A stretch of DNA of 64,000 nt, taken from Patescibacteria group bacterium. Lineage in GTDB: Bacteria; Patescibacteriota; UBA1384; XYA2-FULL-43-10; 1-14-0-10-43-13. The DNA is taken from assembly GCA_041649155.1 (NCBI GenBank), contig JBAZNP010000001.1:558869-622868 (forward strand). Reading direction: 5' to 3'. Made by a program: the position numbers and the translations under genes. Within the stretch, counting starts at the first letter, position 1. The number at the start of each line of letters is the position of its first letter. The notes under the pieces were generated by a model, which saw only the letters and a program-made list of their open reading frames with translations, was not told the origin of the DNA and did no database searches. Positions 1-9,599 of this stretch are shown here, piece after piece.

Positions 1-633
1 TGCTTCCGTCATGTAATCGGAGATCTCTAATGTATTCGCATGAGAAACAGGTAATCTTTTTATTTCTTGATTACCATTATTATTAAACTCTTTTATTTCA
101 ATTTGTGAAAACGATGACAATCCTTTCGGAAACATTTTATCGTATAAAGACTTGAATTTATCTTTTATCGTATTTGCTAATGCTGGATTATTTTTTAGCT
201 TAACATCGATTTCTTTTTCAAATGAATCTTTATTTTTCTGCAATGCTTCTCCCCAATTTTTTTCCAAGGAAATGTTTTCACTATTTACAATAAAGTTGCC
301 GATTGGCTCAGATAAAACATCGGCAGGAATTTCTTTGGAACCATCTTCTTCGGTCTCAATATGTTCTGGAGCAAATTTTTGTGCAGTCTCTACACAAAAT
401 GACGTTTTGTAACTCTCTTTCATACGGAGAAAATTTATTGCTTCATTCTGATTAGCTGCTTCAGCTTTAATGCCGGAAAATAGAGTCGCGAGTATTGCTG
501 CGGGTATGACGTACTTTTTGTCCTTCAAAAAACGCTCCCACCCTGATGATTTATCATGCTCTATCTTTGTCATTTCCAGATCATGTTCATTTAATCCCAT
601 TTCTTTTGGCGAAAGTTCTAAGTTCATATCATT
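1..633 (-). CDS. Hypothetical protein, runs off the left window edge
   Basis: Not in the ORF track. ATG at 633 reads MDMNLELSPKEMG..., with a hydrophobic stretch YVIPAAILATLFSGI; the frame is still open at positions 1-60. Confidence 0.7.
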
Positions 634-641
634 CCTTTGTT

Positions 642-1892
642 CTAATGTGTTGCGCAAGTTATGCATGGATCATATGCTCTGATCAGCATTTCAATTGTCT
701 TATTTCTTTCTTCTTTATTTAAATCTTTAATAATCGGTCCCAAGCTTTTTATGCTGAGCTCCATCGTGGCCAAGTTTTGTACTGTTGGTGTGATAATATC
801 ACACTCTATAATGAAGCCGTCTTTATCCAGTTTGTAGTAATGAAAAAGTGTCCCTCTTGGTGCCTCGCAGGCTCCAACTCCGGAACTAAAACCATTTGGT
901 AGCTTTACTGGTTCTTTTTTATCTATGCCGTTTTCTATAAAATATTTAACTAACTTATTTGATTCTACTGCAAAGTAATAATTTTCAATTGCCTGCGCCA
1001 TAACATTGTCAAAAGGATTATCAAAGTCTTCAATGATCTCTAATTCGTTTAACAACCGATGAACTTCTTCGCCCATAAACTGTCTTCCTAAATTCATTCT
1101 GGCCATTGCTCCCACCATCATTTCGTAACCTTTGAGTGTGGCAAATTTGGCCCTGGTGTATGGTCTTAATTCTTCATTCAGGTAATGACGGTAATTTTTA
1201 GCTGGAAATTCTTTGCCTTTTGAATTTGCAATGTCGCCATCATAAAAGGAATAATCTTTGCGATTATGCAGAGCACTATAAATTACTTTTTGGCTGACTT
1301 TTGGATATGTAAAACTCTTGAAAAGAAGAACGGTTTCTCTAGCGGTTTCAATGATTTCTGTTGATTTTTCTAATAATTTTTTTAAATCGTCTTTTGACGG
1401 GTAGCTTTTGAATCCGCCTGGTACGTTTGCAATTGGATGGACTGCCCTTCCTCCGATCGTATCTAAAATAGAATCGGCATATTGCTTTAATGAGATTGCC
1501 TTTTTAAATATTTCTGGATGATTTTTTTGCAATTCAAAAGATGAAGAAAGACCATAAAAATCAGGCAACACTAAAAGATATAAATGTAACGAATGACTCT
1601 GGATCATCTGTCCGCAGAGCATTAATTTTCTTAATCTATTAGTTTGCTCCGTGGGAATGATGCCGCAAGCTGCTTCTATGCCTTTTGTGGCGGTGACGTT
1701 GTGAATAGTGGGGCAGATGCCGCAAATTCTGGATGTGATTATTGGTGCTTCGTAGTATTTTCGACCTAATAAAATTTTCTCAACAAAACGATCGTTTTCT
1801 AGTCCGATAATTTGGGCCTTGTCGACTTGTCCGTTTCTCAGGTGGGCATAAAACGCGGCATGTCCTTCAATTTTTGGTACAGCTTCTGACAT
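642..1892 (-). CDS. hydA: Group 3b [NiFe] hydrogenase (sulfhydrogenase) large/alpha subunit
   Basis: KIEGH, L1 motif RICGICP, EAPRGTLFH, L2 motif YDPCITCATH; last gene of a beta-gamma-delta-alpha operon. Confidence 0.95.
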   Translation of the reverse strand: MSEAVPKIEGHAAFYAHLRNGQVDKAQIIGLENDRFVEKILLGRKYYEAPIITSRICGICPTIHNVTATKGIEAACGIIPTEQTNRLRKLMLCGQMIQSHSLHLYLLVLPDFYGLSSSFELQKNHPEIFKKAISLKQYADSILDTIGGRAVHPIANVPGGFKSYPSKDDLKKLLEKSTEIIETARETVLLFKSFTYPKVSQKVIYSALHNRKDYSFYDGDIANSKGKEFPAKNYRHYLNEELRPYTRAKFATLKGYEMMVGAMARMNLGRQFMGEEVHRLLNELEIIEDFDNPFDNVMAQAIENYYFAVESNKLVKYFIENGIDKKEPVKLPNGFSSGVGACEAPRGTLFHYYKLDKDGFIIECDIITPTVQNLATMELSIKSLGPIIKDLNKEERNKTIEMLIRAYDPCITCATH

Positions 1893-1915
1893 ATTATTGT
1901 CCTAAAATAAATTTA

Positions 1916-2647
1916 TTATTTTTTGTTTAATCTTAAATGTTCTTTTTCGTAATCACCATAAATGGTTAGCCAGTTTTCGATTTCCTGTTCTTCTAACATT
2001 GTACCAAGAATTTGGCGTATTTTCTTAAAATTGGCTTGATCTACAGGTCCACGACAGCCAAGACAGGCTTCACCTTTATTAATACAAATACTGCCACAGC
2101 CGGCTCTGGTAATGGGACCGAGACATGGTTTGTCGTTTTTTATTAAACATTTATTTCCGTTCAAACGGCATTCAGAACAGACAGATACATCGGGCAAAAC
2201 AAATTTTTTATCCCAATACGCGTCCATTAAGCATTTTACTAATTCAGAGTGACTTACTGGACAGCCGGGGACTATATAATCCGTTTTGATTGTTGCAGGA
2301 ATTGACTTTACGGTATTGTTTTTGAGAAACATTTTATGTGGCATGCGGTTTCTTTCTGACTGAATTCCACCCATATGAGCGCAAGCTCCGATTGCAATGA
2401 CGGTTTTAGTTTCCTTGCGAATTTTTTTCAGTAATTCAAATTCTCTTTTTGATTCAGGACTTCCTTCGACTAAAGCAACATCAAATGGTCCAGGCAGGTT
2501 ATCTTCTTGTCCCAACCGGAAATTTTTTATGTCATAAAAATTTAAAATTTGGTTAAGATGATCATAAAAAGAGAGTAATTCAAATTGACATCCTTCACAT
2601 GAGGTTAATGAAAATATTGCTAAAGATTTTTTTGGAAAGGCGGTCAT
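1916..2647 (-). CDS. hydD: Group 3b [NiFe] hydrogenase small/delta subunit
   Basis: SCEGC, VEGS, GACAHMGG, PGCP and distal cluster motif C-x2-C...CLGP...C...CLGCRG. Confidence 0.93.
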   Translation of the reverse strand: MTAFPKKSLAIFSLTSCEGCQFELLSFYDHLNQILNFYDIKNFRLGQEDNLPGPFDVALVEGSPESKREFELLKKIRKETKTVIAIGACAHMGGIQSERNRMPHKMFLKNNTVKSIPATIKTDYIVPGCPVSHSELVKCLMDAYWDKKFVLPDVSVCSECRLNGNKCLIKNDKPCLGPITRAGCGSICINKGEACLGCRGPVDQANFKKIRQILGTMLEEQEIENWLTIYGDYEKEHLRLNKK

Positions 2648-2671
2648 AAATTTGTAATTAATAATTCTTAA

Positions 2672-3478
2672 TTATTTGCCCAATTCTCCTTTAATTTTAT
2701 CAAATCGGAATACTGGTCCATCTTCACAGACTAAATATTTTCCAATGTTGCAATGCTGACAAATACCAATTCCACATTCCATTCTTCTCTCAAAAGAAAT
2801 GTAAACATTTTCTTCGGGAAGCCCTTTTTTAAATAAGACTTCATTACAATACGGGATCATGATTTCCGGTCCGCACATTAAAGCGACTGTTTTTTTGTTG
2901 TCGAAATTAATTTTTTCAAGTGCTTCTGTTATCATTCCGCGATCACCCCAAAAGTCTTTGCTTGAATGTTCAACCATTACTTTTAAAACATCGATTTTAT
3001 TTTGTAGTTTTTTTAATTCATCCTTAAATATAACATGATGATCTGTTCTGAAGCCGGCAACTAAATAAATTTTTTTGAACTCGGTTTTGTACCTTATTAA
3101 ATTTAGCAAAAGTGGTTTAAGAGGAACGAGTCCCATACCGCCGGCAATTAAAATTATGTTTTTGCCTATTAGTTTTGAGATGGGCCAGCCATTTCCGTAT
3201 GGTCCTCGCACGTTTAGAAAATCGCCCGGACTTAATTCTACTATTTTATTTGTTGTGCCGCCGGCTGCTCTTACGCAAATATCAAATGACTTCTTTTGGT
3301 CCGGATCGGAACAGATAGCGAGGGTTGCCTCTCCATAATGGTCGATTGCGACCTGAACAAACTGCCCCGGGTTGAATTTGATATGACCTTTGAGTGAAAA
3401 TAAAAAAGTTTCCGGAGCAACCTCTTCTTTGGCTACAATTTCATATTTTTGGTAGGCAAAGCCTCTATCGTTTTTCAT
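2672..3478 (-). CDS. Hydrogenase gamma subunit (FAD/NAD(P)-binding, 2Fe-2S)
   Basis: PGQF, RGPYGNG, AGGMGL, MCGP, ERRMECGIGICQHC...C; operon context. Confidence 0.93.
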   Translation of the reverse strand: MKNDRGFAYQKYEIVAKEEVAPETFLFSLKGHIKFNPGQFVQVAIDHYGEATLAICSDPDQKKSFDICVRAAGGTTNKIVELSPGDFLNVRGPYGNGWPISKLIGKNIILIAGGMGLVPLKPLLLNLIRYKTEFKKIYLVAGFRTDHHVIFKDELKKLQNKIDVLKVMVEHSSKDFWGDRGMITEALEKINFDNKKTVALMCGPEIMIPYCNEVLFKKGLPEENVYISFERRMECGIGICQHCNIGKYLVCEDGPVFRFDKIKGELGK

Positions 3479-3579
3479 AATTTATATAGATACAAATAAC
3501 AAGATATAATTAATAATTCCTAAATCCTAATGTCAAAATGATTTGAAAATTTGGAATTTAGATTTTGTAATTTAATTGG

Positions 3580-4701
3580 TTATTGTTTCTCGTCTTTTGT
3601 TTCTTTTTCGCTGTCTTGTTCTATTAATGATTCCAAAATATTTTTCATATTTAAGTGAGCTGGGCAGGCTTCAATACATCGGCCACATCCGGTGCAGAGA
3701 AAGCGTTTGTTTTTGTGATATGATCTTACAAATTTGTGATGATACCAGTTATAAAGGCGATCGACATTTTTTGGTCTGAAATCATAATGATTTTGAATTT
3801 CAGAGAAACGTTTTGCAAAGCACGAATCCCAATTTAAGCATTGCTTACTTTCTCCTGTTAATTCATTTTTGAAGTCCTGTCTTGTGCAGAAGCAAAGGGG
3901 ACATACTGTGGAACAGGCGCCGCAACCGAAACAATTTTCTGAAATTTTATCCCAAAATTCTATATGTTTTTCTTTATTATCGATTATTTTAGAAATATTT
4001 TGTTCTGCAAAAGTTTTCTGGTTTGGTTTTATCTCACTTATCTGCAATTTTTTTTGTGACTGTTTTATGCCATTTTTCTTTAAAATTGCCTCCCCTCTTT
4101 TATTGCCGGAAAAAATGGCGTATTCGTTTTTTTCTTCCTGAACGTGTAAATCAAAAGGTGCCAATTTATTCGTTCCTGTCAAATCGCAAAAGCAATTTTC
4201 GTTTGGAAAGCATTCACTGGAAAATATTAAAATATTTTCTCTTTTGGGCAAGATTTTAGTGTCTGTAAATTCTTCCAATAGGTAATGCAGGGCCCAGACA
4301 TCGCAATTATTTAGACCGATTAGAGCAATTTTATTTGAGGAGTGAAGCGATCGAGAACTATTTCCGTTATTCCCGATCTCCAATTTGTCATTCCCGCCCC
4401 TTACTTTGTCATTCCCGCCCCGATGATTTATCGGGGTAAACATCCGGCGGGAATCTACTATTAGTGGATCACCGACTGGATCGGGGATGACAGAGGTAGC
4501 GTTCGGTTCCAAGAGGTTTGGAAATAAAATTTTCTTGAAAGGAATTATCGGCTTTTTATGACCAAGTTTTAAATCTGATGAGCTATTGAGCGCATCAAAA
4601 ACCAGCTTCCCGTCTTTTAACTGGGTGCCGTAAACTGTGTGAGTTTTTTTAATATAATCAATTAACTGATTTAATTGATGAATGGTTATTTGCGATTCCA
4701 A
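3580..4701 (-). CDS. Hydrogenase beta subunit (4Fe-4S dicluster, AsrA-like) with an in-frame repeat-derived insertion
   Basis: CFGCGACSTVCPLCFC and CTGCGRCIEACP; about 4330-4500 is palindromic repeat DNA. Confidence 0.9.
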   Translation of the reverse strand: MESQITIHQLNQLIDYIKKTHTVYGTQLKDGKLVFDALNSSSDLKLGHKKPIIPFKKILFPNLLEPNATSVIPDPVGDPLIVDSRRMFTPINHRGGNDKVRGGNDKLEIGNNGNSSRSLHSSNKIALIGLNNCDVWALHYLLEEFTDTKILPKRENILIFSSECFPNENCFCDLTGTNKLAPFDLHVQEEKNEYAIFSGNKRGEAILKKNGIKQSQKKLQISEIKPNQKTFAEQNISKIIDNKEKHIEFWDKISENCFGCGACSTVCPLCFCTRQDFKNELTGESKQCLNWDSCFAKRFSEIQNHYDFRPKNVDRLYNWYHHKFVRSYHKNKRFLCTGCGRCIEACPAHLNMKNILESLIEQDSEKETKDEKQ

Positions 4702-4790
4702 TTGCCCTCCATACTTATTTTATAGTTTTATCTTGTTTCGGGCAAATTTATTGAACAAAAGAATTACATCGTGATAAGATTAAAATGTAA

Positions 4791-4874
4791 TATTCTTCGA
4801 GTTTGCCTGCCAGTGAGTAGGTAAAACGAGAAGTTTTAAATGTTTTTAAGTTCTCGGCTTTGCCTCGAACAATA
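4791..4874. repeat. Palindromic element family B (TATTxTTCGAG..CGAGAAG / TTCTCG..CTCGAACAATA)
   Basis: Related copies at 13606-13678, 47201-47258 (in mutM) and a half copy at 4331-4363 (in hydB). Confidence 0.65.
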
Positions 4875-4899
4875 TGATAAAAATAGTTTTTGGAGGGCT

Positions 4900-6030
4900 A
4901 TGAAAAGTATTCGCGATGTTGAAGTTAAAAATAAAAAAGTCTTTTTAAGAGTTGATTTTAATGTTCCTCTTAAAGACGGCAAAATAACTGATACCAACAG
5001 AATAAAAAACTCTGTTCCGACGATAAAATATTTATTAGATAATGACGCAAAGATTATTATCGGCACTCATGTCGGCAGGCCGGAGGGAAAAGTAAATACG
5101 GAATTTTCAACTGTTCCAATGGCACAAGAATTGGCGAAAATGCTTGGCCAAAAAATAACTGTGACCGACCACGTCATCAATGATAAAGTTCTTTTAGAAA
5201 AAATTGATGCCATGCAGCCCAAAGACATTATTGTTTTGGGTAATTTAAGATTTCATCCTGAAGAAGAAGCGAATAATCATATGTTCGCAAAAAAACTGGC
5301 CAGTTATGCTGATATTTATGTAAATGACGCTTTTGCTGTTTCACATCGGTCAAATGCTTCAGTGGATGCTATTACCAGCTATCTGCCTAGTTATTCAGGT
5401 CTTCTTCTCGAATCAGAAATTACTTCTTTGGGATTATTATTAAAAAATCCACAGCCGCCTTTCGTGCTAATAATCGGTGGAGCAAAAGTTGTGGATAAGG
5501 CCGGTTTGATGAAAACCTTGGCCCAAAAAGCTGATAAAGTATTGATCGGCGGAGCGGTTGCAAATACTTTTCTATTAGCCAAAGGTGAAGAAGTGGGTCA
5601 ATCCTTAGTTGAAAAAGAAATGGTGGAAGATTGCAAGAAAATGCTGGAGGAACTTGGAGATAAAATCATATTGCCAGTTGATACAGTCAAAGATAGCGAA
5701 GGCGATAATTTTAAAATAATGGATATTGGTCCAGCTACCATAGCGAAATTCAGGAGCGAGATTTTAAGTGCAGGATCAGTTTTTTGGAATGGGAACTTGG
5801 GCTATACTGAAGACGGGAGATTTGCGGTGGGAACGATGGCGATTGCAAAGGCAATCGAAGAGAATACTTTCGGAACAAAAGTTGCTGCCGGCGGTGATAC
5901 AGTCGGTTTCCTTGATCAAAACAACATGCAAAAAAGTTATTCCTTTATTTCAACCGGTGGCGGAGCGGCGTTAGAGTTTCTGGCCGGCGAAAAACTGCCA
6001 GGGATAGAAGCGCTTAATAAAAATATATAA
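4900..6030 (+). CDS. pgk: Phosphoglycerate kinase
   Basis: RVDFNVP, HVGRP, NLRF, NDAF, GGAKV, GGD, STGGGA; start moved to ATG 4900 after GGAGG. Confidence 0.97.
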   Translation: MKSIRDVEVKNKKVFLRVDFNVPLKDGKITDTNRIKNSVPTIKYLLDNDAKIIIGTHVGRPEGKVNTEFSTVPMAQELAKMLGQKITVTDHVINDKVLLEKIDAMQPKDIIVLGNLRFHPEEEANNHMFAKKLASYADIYVNDAFAVSHRSNASVDAITSYLPSYSGLLLESEITSLGLLLKNPQPPFVLIIGGAKVVDKAGLMKTLAQKADKVLIGGAVANTFLLAKGEEVGQSLVEKEMVEDCKKMLEELGDKIILPVDTVKDSEGDNFKIMDIGPATIAKFRSEILSAGSVFWNGNLGYTEDGRFAVGTMAIAKAIEENTFGTKVAAGGDTVGFLDQNNMQKSYSFISTGGGAALEFLAGEKLPGIEALNKNI

Positions 6031-6046
6031 TCTGGAAATTTCAATT

Positions 6047-6113
6047 GTCATTCCAGACTTGATCTGGAATCTATATAAATAGTAACTGGATCCTGAATCA
6101 AGTTCAGGATGAC
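6047..6113. repeat. Palindromic element family A (GTCATYCC..GGRATC / GATYCC..GGRATGAC double hairpin)
   Basis: Closely related copies at 12802-12870, 34200-34287 and 51692-51758 (inverted); variants at 4387-4491, 6961-7082, 8167-8235, 9418-9503, 11306-11410; half copies at 10033-10058, 53563-53591, 54778-54803. Confidence 0.9.
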
Positions 6114-6124
6114 GCGAGGAAAAA

Positions 6125-6949
6125 ATGTTCATAAATGTTTCAGAGGAATTAAAAAAATCTAGAAGCGGCGGTTATGCGCTTGGTGCTTTTAATACAAATA
6201 ATCTTGAAGCGACAAAGGCTATTTGCGCAGCTGCTAAAAAGTCGGGCAAACCAGTAATAATTCAAACAACTCCCGGGACGATTGAATATGCAGGTTTAAG
6301 ACAAATATTCGAAATTGTAAAAACGGAAATTGAAGAAACAGGAATTCAGGCAGCGCTTCATCTTGATCACGGCAAAGATTTTGAAGTTGTAAAAGAGTGC
6401 ATTGATATTGGTTATCGCTCTGTAATGATAGACGGCTCAAAGTTACCTTTTGCTGAAAACGTTGCCCTGACAAAAAGAGTTGTTGATTATGCGAAGCCAA
6501 AGAATGTTTCGGTTGAGGCGGAGATAGGCGCTATTGGAACTGATGAAGGTGGAAAGAATGTAGGAGAAGGCACAATGAGTTCTCCTGACGAAGTAAGAAG
6601 ATTCGTGGATCTAACAGGCATCGATTCGATCGCTGTCTCGGTTGGAAACGAGCATGGGGCTCCTGAAGGGGAAAAAATTAATGTAAAGTTGCTTGAAGAA
6701 ATTTCAAAAATTATAGAAATTCCTTTAGTTATGCATGGTGCTTCCGGACTGTCTAATGAAGACATTAAAGCGGTTATTGGTCTTGGCATCGCCAAAATTA
6801 ATATTGATACACAAATTAGAAGGGCGTTCATCGCTGGAATGTCAGACATTGATGAAGAATGCAAAGACTATAGAGATGTTCTGAAAAAATCGATAAACAA
6901 TATAGAGAAAGTGGTAGAGGAAAAGATAAATTTGTTTTCAGAAAAATAA
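6125..6949 (+). CDS. fba: Class II fructose-bisphosphate aldolase
   Basis: LHLDHG, SVMIDGS, VEAEIG, GNEHG, LVMHGASG, KINIDT. Confidence 0.95.
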   Translation: MFINVSEELKKSRSGGYALGAFNTNNLEATKAICAAAKKSGKPVIIQTTPGTIEYAGLRQIFEIVKTEIEETGIQAALHLDHGKDFEVVKECIDIGYRSVMIDGSKLPFAENVALTKRVVDYAKPKNVSVEAEIGAIGTDEGGKNVGEGTMSSPDEVRRFVDLTGIDSIAVSVGNEHGAPEGEKINVKLLEEISKIIEIPLVMHGASGLSNEDIKAVIGLGIAKINIDTQIRRAFIAGMSDIDEECKDYRDVLKKSINNIEKVVEEKINLFSEK

Positions 6950-6960
6950 ATTTTCGTCTT

Positions 6961-7082
6961 GTCATCCCGAGCAGAGTGTAACGGAGTCGAGAGATCTTGT
7001 GATAGTTAATTCATTAAAAGATTTCCCTGCCTGCCGGCAGGCAGGTCCGCCCCTTCGACAAAGCTCAGGGAGTCGAAATGAC
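6961..7082. repeat. Family A element carrying two nested palindromes
   Basis: GTCATCCCGAG...GTCGAAATGAC with CCTGCCTGCCGGCAGGCAGG (7026-7045) and CCCTTCGACAAAGCTCAGGG (7051-7070) inside. Confidence 0.85.
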
Positions 7083-7108
7083 AAAATAATAATAATTCAT
7101 ATAAATTT

Positions 7109-8122
7109 ATGAAATATGACATCGTAACAATTGGTGATGCATTTGAGGATGTTTTTGTTTTTCCTTCTGATCTTCATGTGAAAAGAGATAAAAACTTTTC
7201 CGGTGGATACGGAGTTAGTTTTGAGCTGGGCGAAAAAATTCCCTTAAAGGAAGTTAGCTATGATGTTGGCGGTTCCGCCTGTAATGCATCTATAGGTTTT
7301 TGTCGGATCGGGCTTGATGCTTCCTTGGTTACAATAGTCGGACAGGACTCGCCAGCTGAAAAAATTTCAACACGACTTTCTTCTGAGTCTGTGGATCTTT
7401 CAAATATTAAAATTGATAAGAAAATGAAAACTAATTTTTCTACAATATTTTCTCTACCGGAAGGTCGAACTATTTTTACATACCATGGCCTTAAAGACTA
7501 TAATCAGTTAAGGATTAAGAAAAATATTCATTCTAAATGGTTTTTTTTGGCACCGATTGGAGATGGCACGGAAGAATTAGAGAAAGATTTAATTGCTAAA
7601 GTGTCGGAAGAAAATTCTTTTTTGGCTTGGAACCCTGGTTCTTTGCAGATAAAAAAAGGAGCTAGTAAGTTTCGTAATTTATTAAAAAATACCTCAGTAT
7701 TATTTCTAAACAGAGAAGAAGCATTAAAATTTATTGATTATCCGGTCAGACCATCCGAGGAAGAAATGCTTAAAAAATTATTTTTCCTAGGTCCAAAATT
7801 GGTTGTAATCACTAACGGGGATAAGGGCGCAAAGGCTTATGACGGAAAATCTATTTATCATGCGAATTCAATTGAAAATTTGAAAATGGTTGATGCAACC
7901 GGTGCCGGAGATAGCTTTGCGGTTGGTGTCATCTCGAATTTATTTTTGTGCAATTGGTCGGGGGAGTCCGATCAGGAATGTATCTCAGTGGCTCTTAAAT
8001 GGGGGATTGTTAATTCTTCGTCGGTGATTGGTTATGTCGGAGCTCAAAAGGGATTGTTGAACAAATCTCAGATCGAGAAGGAACTGGCCGGCAATCCAAG
8101 ACTAAAAGTAGAAGTTGATTAG
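7109..8122 (+). CDS. PfkB/ribokinase-family carbohydrate kinase
   Basis: GGSACN, LNREEA, ITNGDKGA, DATGAGDSF signature. Confidence 0.92.
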   Translation: MKYDIVTIGDAFEDVFVFPSDLHVKRDKNFSGGYGVSFELGEKIPLKEVSYDVGGSACNASIGFCRIGLDASLVTIVGQDSPAEKISTRLSSESVDLSNIKIDKKMKTNFSTIFSLPEGRTIFTYHGLKDYNQLRIKKNIHSKWFFLAPIGDGTEELEKDLIAKVSEENSFLAWNPGSLQIKKGASKFRNLLKNTSVLFLNREEALKFIDYPVRPSEEEMLKKLFFLGPKLVVITNGDKGAKAYDGKSIYHANSIENLKMVDATGAGDSFAVGVISNLFLCNWSGESDQECISVALKWGIVNSSSVIGYVGAQKGLLNKSQIEKELAGNPRLKVEVD

Positions 8123-8166
8123 TAAATTAGTTGTAATTTTTCAGTAAATCAGCTGTCACTCTTCAT

Positions 8167-8235
8167 GTCATCCCCGTGAAGACGGGGATCCAAGATAGTA
8201 ATGGATTAGTAGATTCCCGTCTGCGCGGGAATGAC
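8167..8235. repeat. Family A element
   Basis: GTCATCCCCGTGAAGACGGGGATCC...GATTCCCGTCTGCGCGGGAATGAC. Confidence 0.85.
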
Positions 8236-8464
8236 AAAGGGTCTTGAGTTGTCAGTTGAGCTAAAAGCTTGCCATGCATTGTGGACTATTTTGCTATTGC
8301 TAAATAAAAGTAATTTATCGTATAATGTTGTATATTACATTAATTTAAAATTTAGAATTTAAATTCAATTTAAAAATCTAAATGTTTAAACATTTTAAAT
8401 TAAATTATTGAAAATTCATTTTAAATTGAAAATTTTAAACTTTAAATTACTCCGAAGGAGTCTT

Positions 8465-9319
8465 ATGCACAGAGAAAAACTTACGGTGACAGTGAAAAAA
8501 GATCTTATTAAAAAGATCGATTCAATTGTTGACGGAGTGAAAATTAGAAACCGTTCTCATGCTACTGAATATTTGATCGAACAGGGGCTAGGTATAAACA
8601 AGGTCAACAAAGCAGTTATTTTGGCTGGTGGCAAGGGAACGCGTCTAAGGCCTTTTACATACGAACTTCCTAAACCATTGATCCCATTACAAGGAAAACC
8701 TCTTTTGCAGCACAGTCTTGATTTATTGAAATCTCACGGCATCACCGAGATCTATCTTTCAATCGGGTATAAGGGCGAACAAATTAAAGAATATTTCGGC
8801 AATGGTGAGAAGTTTGGCTTAAATATTAAATATCTGGAAGAGAAAGAACCCCTTGGAACTGCCGGTCCGTTGAAATTGGCGGAGAAATACCTGGATGACA
8901 CTTTTCTTTTAATCTGGTGTGACGTCTTGGCTGACATCGATCTTGATGATTTCATCTCTTTTCACAAAAATTCAGGTGGATTAGCTACAATGGCTCTTGC
9001 CTCGGTGGACGATGTAACAGCATTTGGAGTCGCCTCCCTGAAAGGATCTAAAATTAATGGTTTTGTTGAAAAACCAACAAAAGAAGAAGCGCCAAGCAAC
9101 TTAATTAATGCTGGCATGATTATTTTAGAGCCTAAGGTTTTTAAATATTTCCCTGATCAGAAAGTGATTTCGATCGAAAAAGAAGTTTATCCTAAAATCG
9201 TCGAAGCAGGAAAGATGTATGGTTATCCATTTTTTGGCCAATGGTATGATACTGGAACTCATGAAGCTTATGAGAAGGCAATCAAAGGCTGGAAAGGCCA
9301 TCGGGCGGGAAAGAAATAA
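8465..9319 (+). CDS. Sugar-phosphate nucleotidyltransferase with an N-terminal ribbon-helix-helix domain
   Basis: KLTVTVKKDLIKKIDSIV...NRSHA (CopG/NikR-like) followed by LAGGKGTRLRP, PKPL, EPLGTAG, EKP, WYDTGT; start after AAGGAG. Confidence 0.88.
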   Translation: MHREKLTVTVKKDLIKKIDSIVDGVKIRNRSHATEYLIEQGLGINKVNKAVILAGGKGTRLRPFTYELPKPLIPLQGKPLLQHSLDLLKSHGITEIYLSIGYKGEQIKEYFGNGEKFGLNIKYLEEKEPLGTAGPLKLAEKYLDDTFLLIWCDVLADIDLDDFISFHKNSGGLATMALASVDDVTAFGVASLKGSKINGFVEKPTKEEAPSNLINAGMIILEPKVFKYFPDQKVISIEKEVYPKIVEAGKMYGYPFFGQWYDTGTHEAYEKAIKGWKGHRAGKK

Positions 9320-9417
9320 GCAGTAAGTCGATAAGCGTGTAAACATGTAAGCAGTAGGGATAAAAATATCAGCTCTAAAGAGTTGATATTTTTTATGGTA
9401 ATCGTTTACTCTTAGTT

Positions 9418-9503
9418 GTCATTTCGACTCCTTGGCCTTGTCCAAGGGTGGAGAAATCCTATAAATAAACCAATAGAAGATCCCTCCACTTCGGTCGGGA
9501 TGA
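9418..9503. repeat. Family A variant element
   Basis: GTCATTTCGAC...GTCGGGATGAC; shares its internal arm with 11306-11410. Confidence 0.8.
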
Positions 9504-9599
9504 CATAGGGGCAAGTAAGTATTTTTTTGTGTCTTCCATTACTAACCAATAAGTGGTATAAGTTTAATTAGCGATCTTTTGACATGGAGGTAAGGGAGG

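Noticed and set aside
152-682. Plus-strand ORFs 152-412 and 470-682, and other short antisense ORFs in the track
   Set aside because: Antisense or off-frame shadows of longer, well-supported genes.
4840-4899. N-terminal extensions in the ORF track (pgk 4840; also 8408, 10054, 15145, 21210, 57328)
   Set aside because: They arise from upstream repeat or overlapping DNA; better starts lie downstream, most with an RBS.
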